A stretch of 64,000 nt of DNA from Caulobacteraceae bacterium (GTDB lineage: Bacteria; Pseudomonadota; Alphaproteobacteria; Caulobacterales; Caulobacteraceae): NCBI GenBank assembly GCA_043742825.1, contig JAYTXQ010000227.1, positions 963 to 64,962 of the forward strand, in the 5' to 3' direction. Shown here piece after piece: positions 63,905 through 64,000 of the stretch (the stretch's first letter is position 1; each line of letters starts with the position of its first letter). Both the position numbers and the translations under genes were made by a program. The notes under the pieces are model-generated. The model was not told where the DNA came from and did no database searches. It was given only the letters and a program-made list of their open reading frames with translations.

Positions 63905-64000
63905 TTATCCCGCAGTGAAAAAATCGCCGCGCGGCTGGCCTTGTGGATCATAGACCGGCTCGACCAGGTCCACGCGATATTTGCGGGTGTCCGCACCTAG
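63905..64000 (-). CDS. 3' end of an unidentified gene (5' part outside window)
   Basis: The minus frame is open from the window edge: ...LGADTRKYRVDLVEPVYDPQGQPRGDFFTAG* with TAA at 63905-63907. GC-rich third positions. Product not recognised. Confidence 0.35.
   Translation of the reverse strand, partial: LGADTRKYRVDLVEPVYDPQGQPRGDFFTAG

Overview
This is a 64-kb, high-GC chromosomal segment. Its gene content and intergenic repeat families look like a free-living alphaproteobacterium, possibly Caulobacterales-like, but that taxon call is inference only. I count about 60 protein-coding genes and saw no rRNA, tRNA or CRISPR array. Most of the window is ordinary catabolic and housekeeping DNA:
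- a glpD / CoA-transferase / enoyl-CoA hydratase / FAD-oxidase / FGGY-kinase string;
- a carotenoid-cleavage oxygenase;
- a LemA-TPM-TPM operon;
- an SDR / acyl-CoA synthetase / AKR block;
- a glutamine-synthetase-like / Fe-ADH / permease amine-utilisation cluster;
- two Rieske oxygenases;
- pabB-pabC;
- a carbamoyltransferase-DUF5989 cluster;
- an APH-DUF6285-ACAD triad;
- epmB-epmA divergent from efp.

Small accessory islets sit between these blocks:
- three type II toxin-antitoxin loci (BrnTA, a DUF1778/GNAT TacAT-like pair, and VapBC with a frameshifted vapC);
- a decayed REP-associated (RAYT-type) HUH transposase flanked by inverted short repeats;
- three PEP-CTERM proteins.

The most interesting signal is at 55321..55944 on the minus strand. 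It is a stand-alone gene whose product aligns motif-for-motif with the STING cyclic-dinucleotide-binding domain. It has no TIR or TM effector and no CD-NTase nearby, and it is interrupted by one in-frame TAG.

Three intergenic repeat families recur:
- about 130-bp elements with 29-nt inverted termini built from three phased GCAGAT motifs (3 copies);
- GGGGAGGG double-hairpin REPIN-like elements (2 copies, in opposite orientation);
- TAGAGC.../AACCGGTGTCCACTT-type palindromic elements.

An APC permease also carries a single in-frame TAG. All product calls rest on motif recognition by eye; no searches were run.
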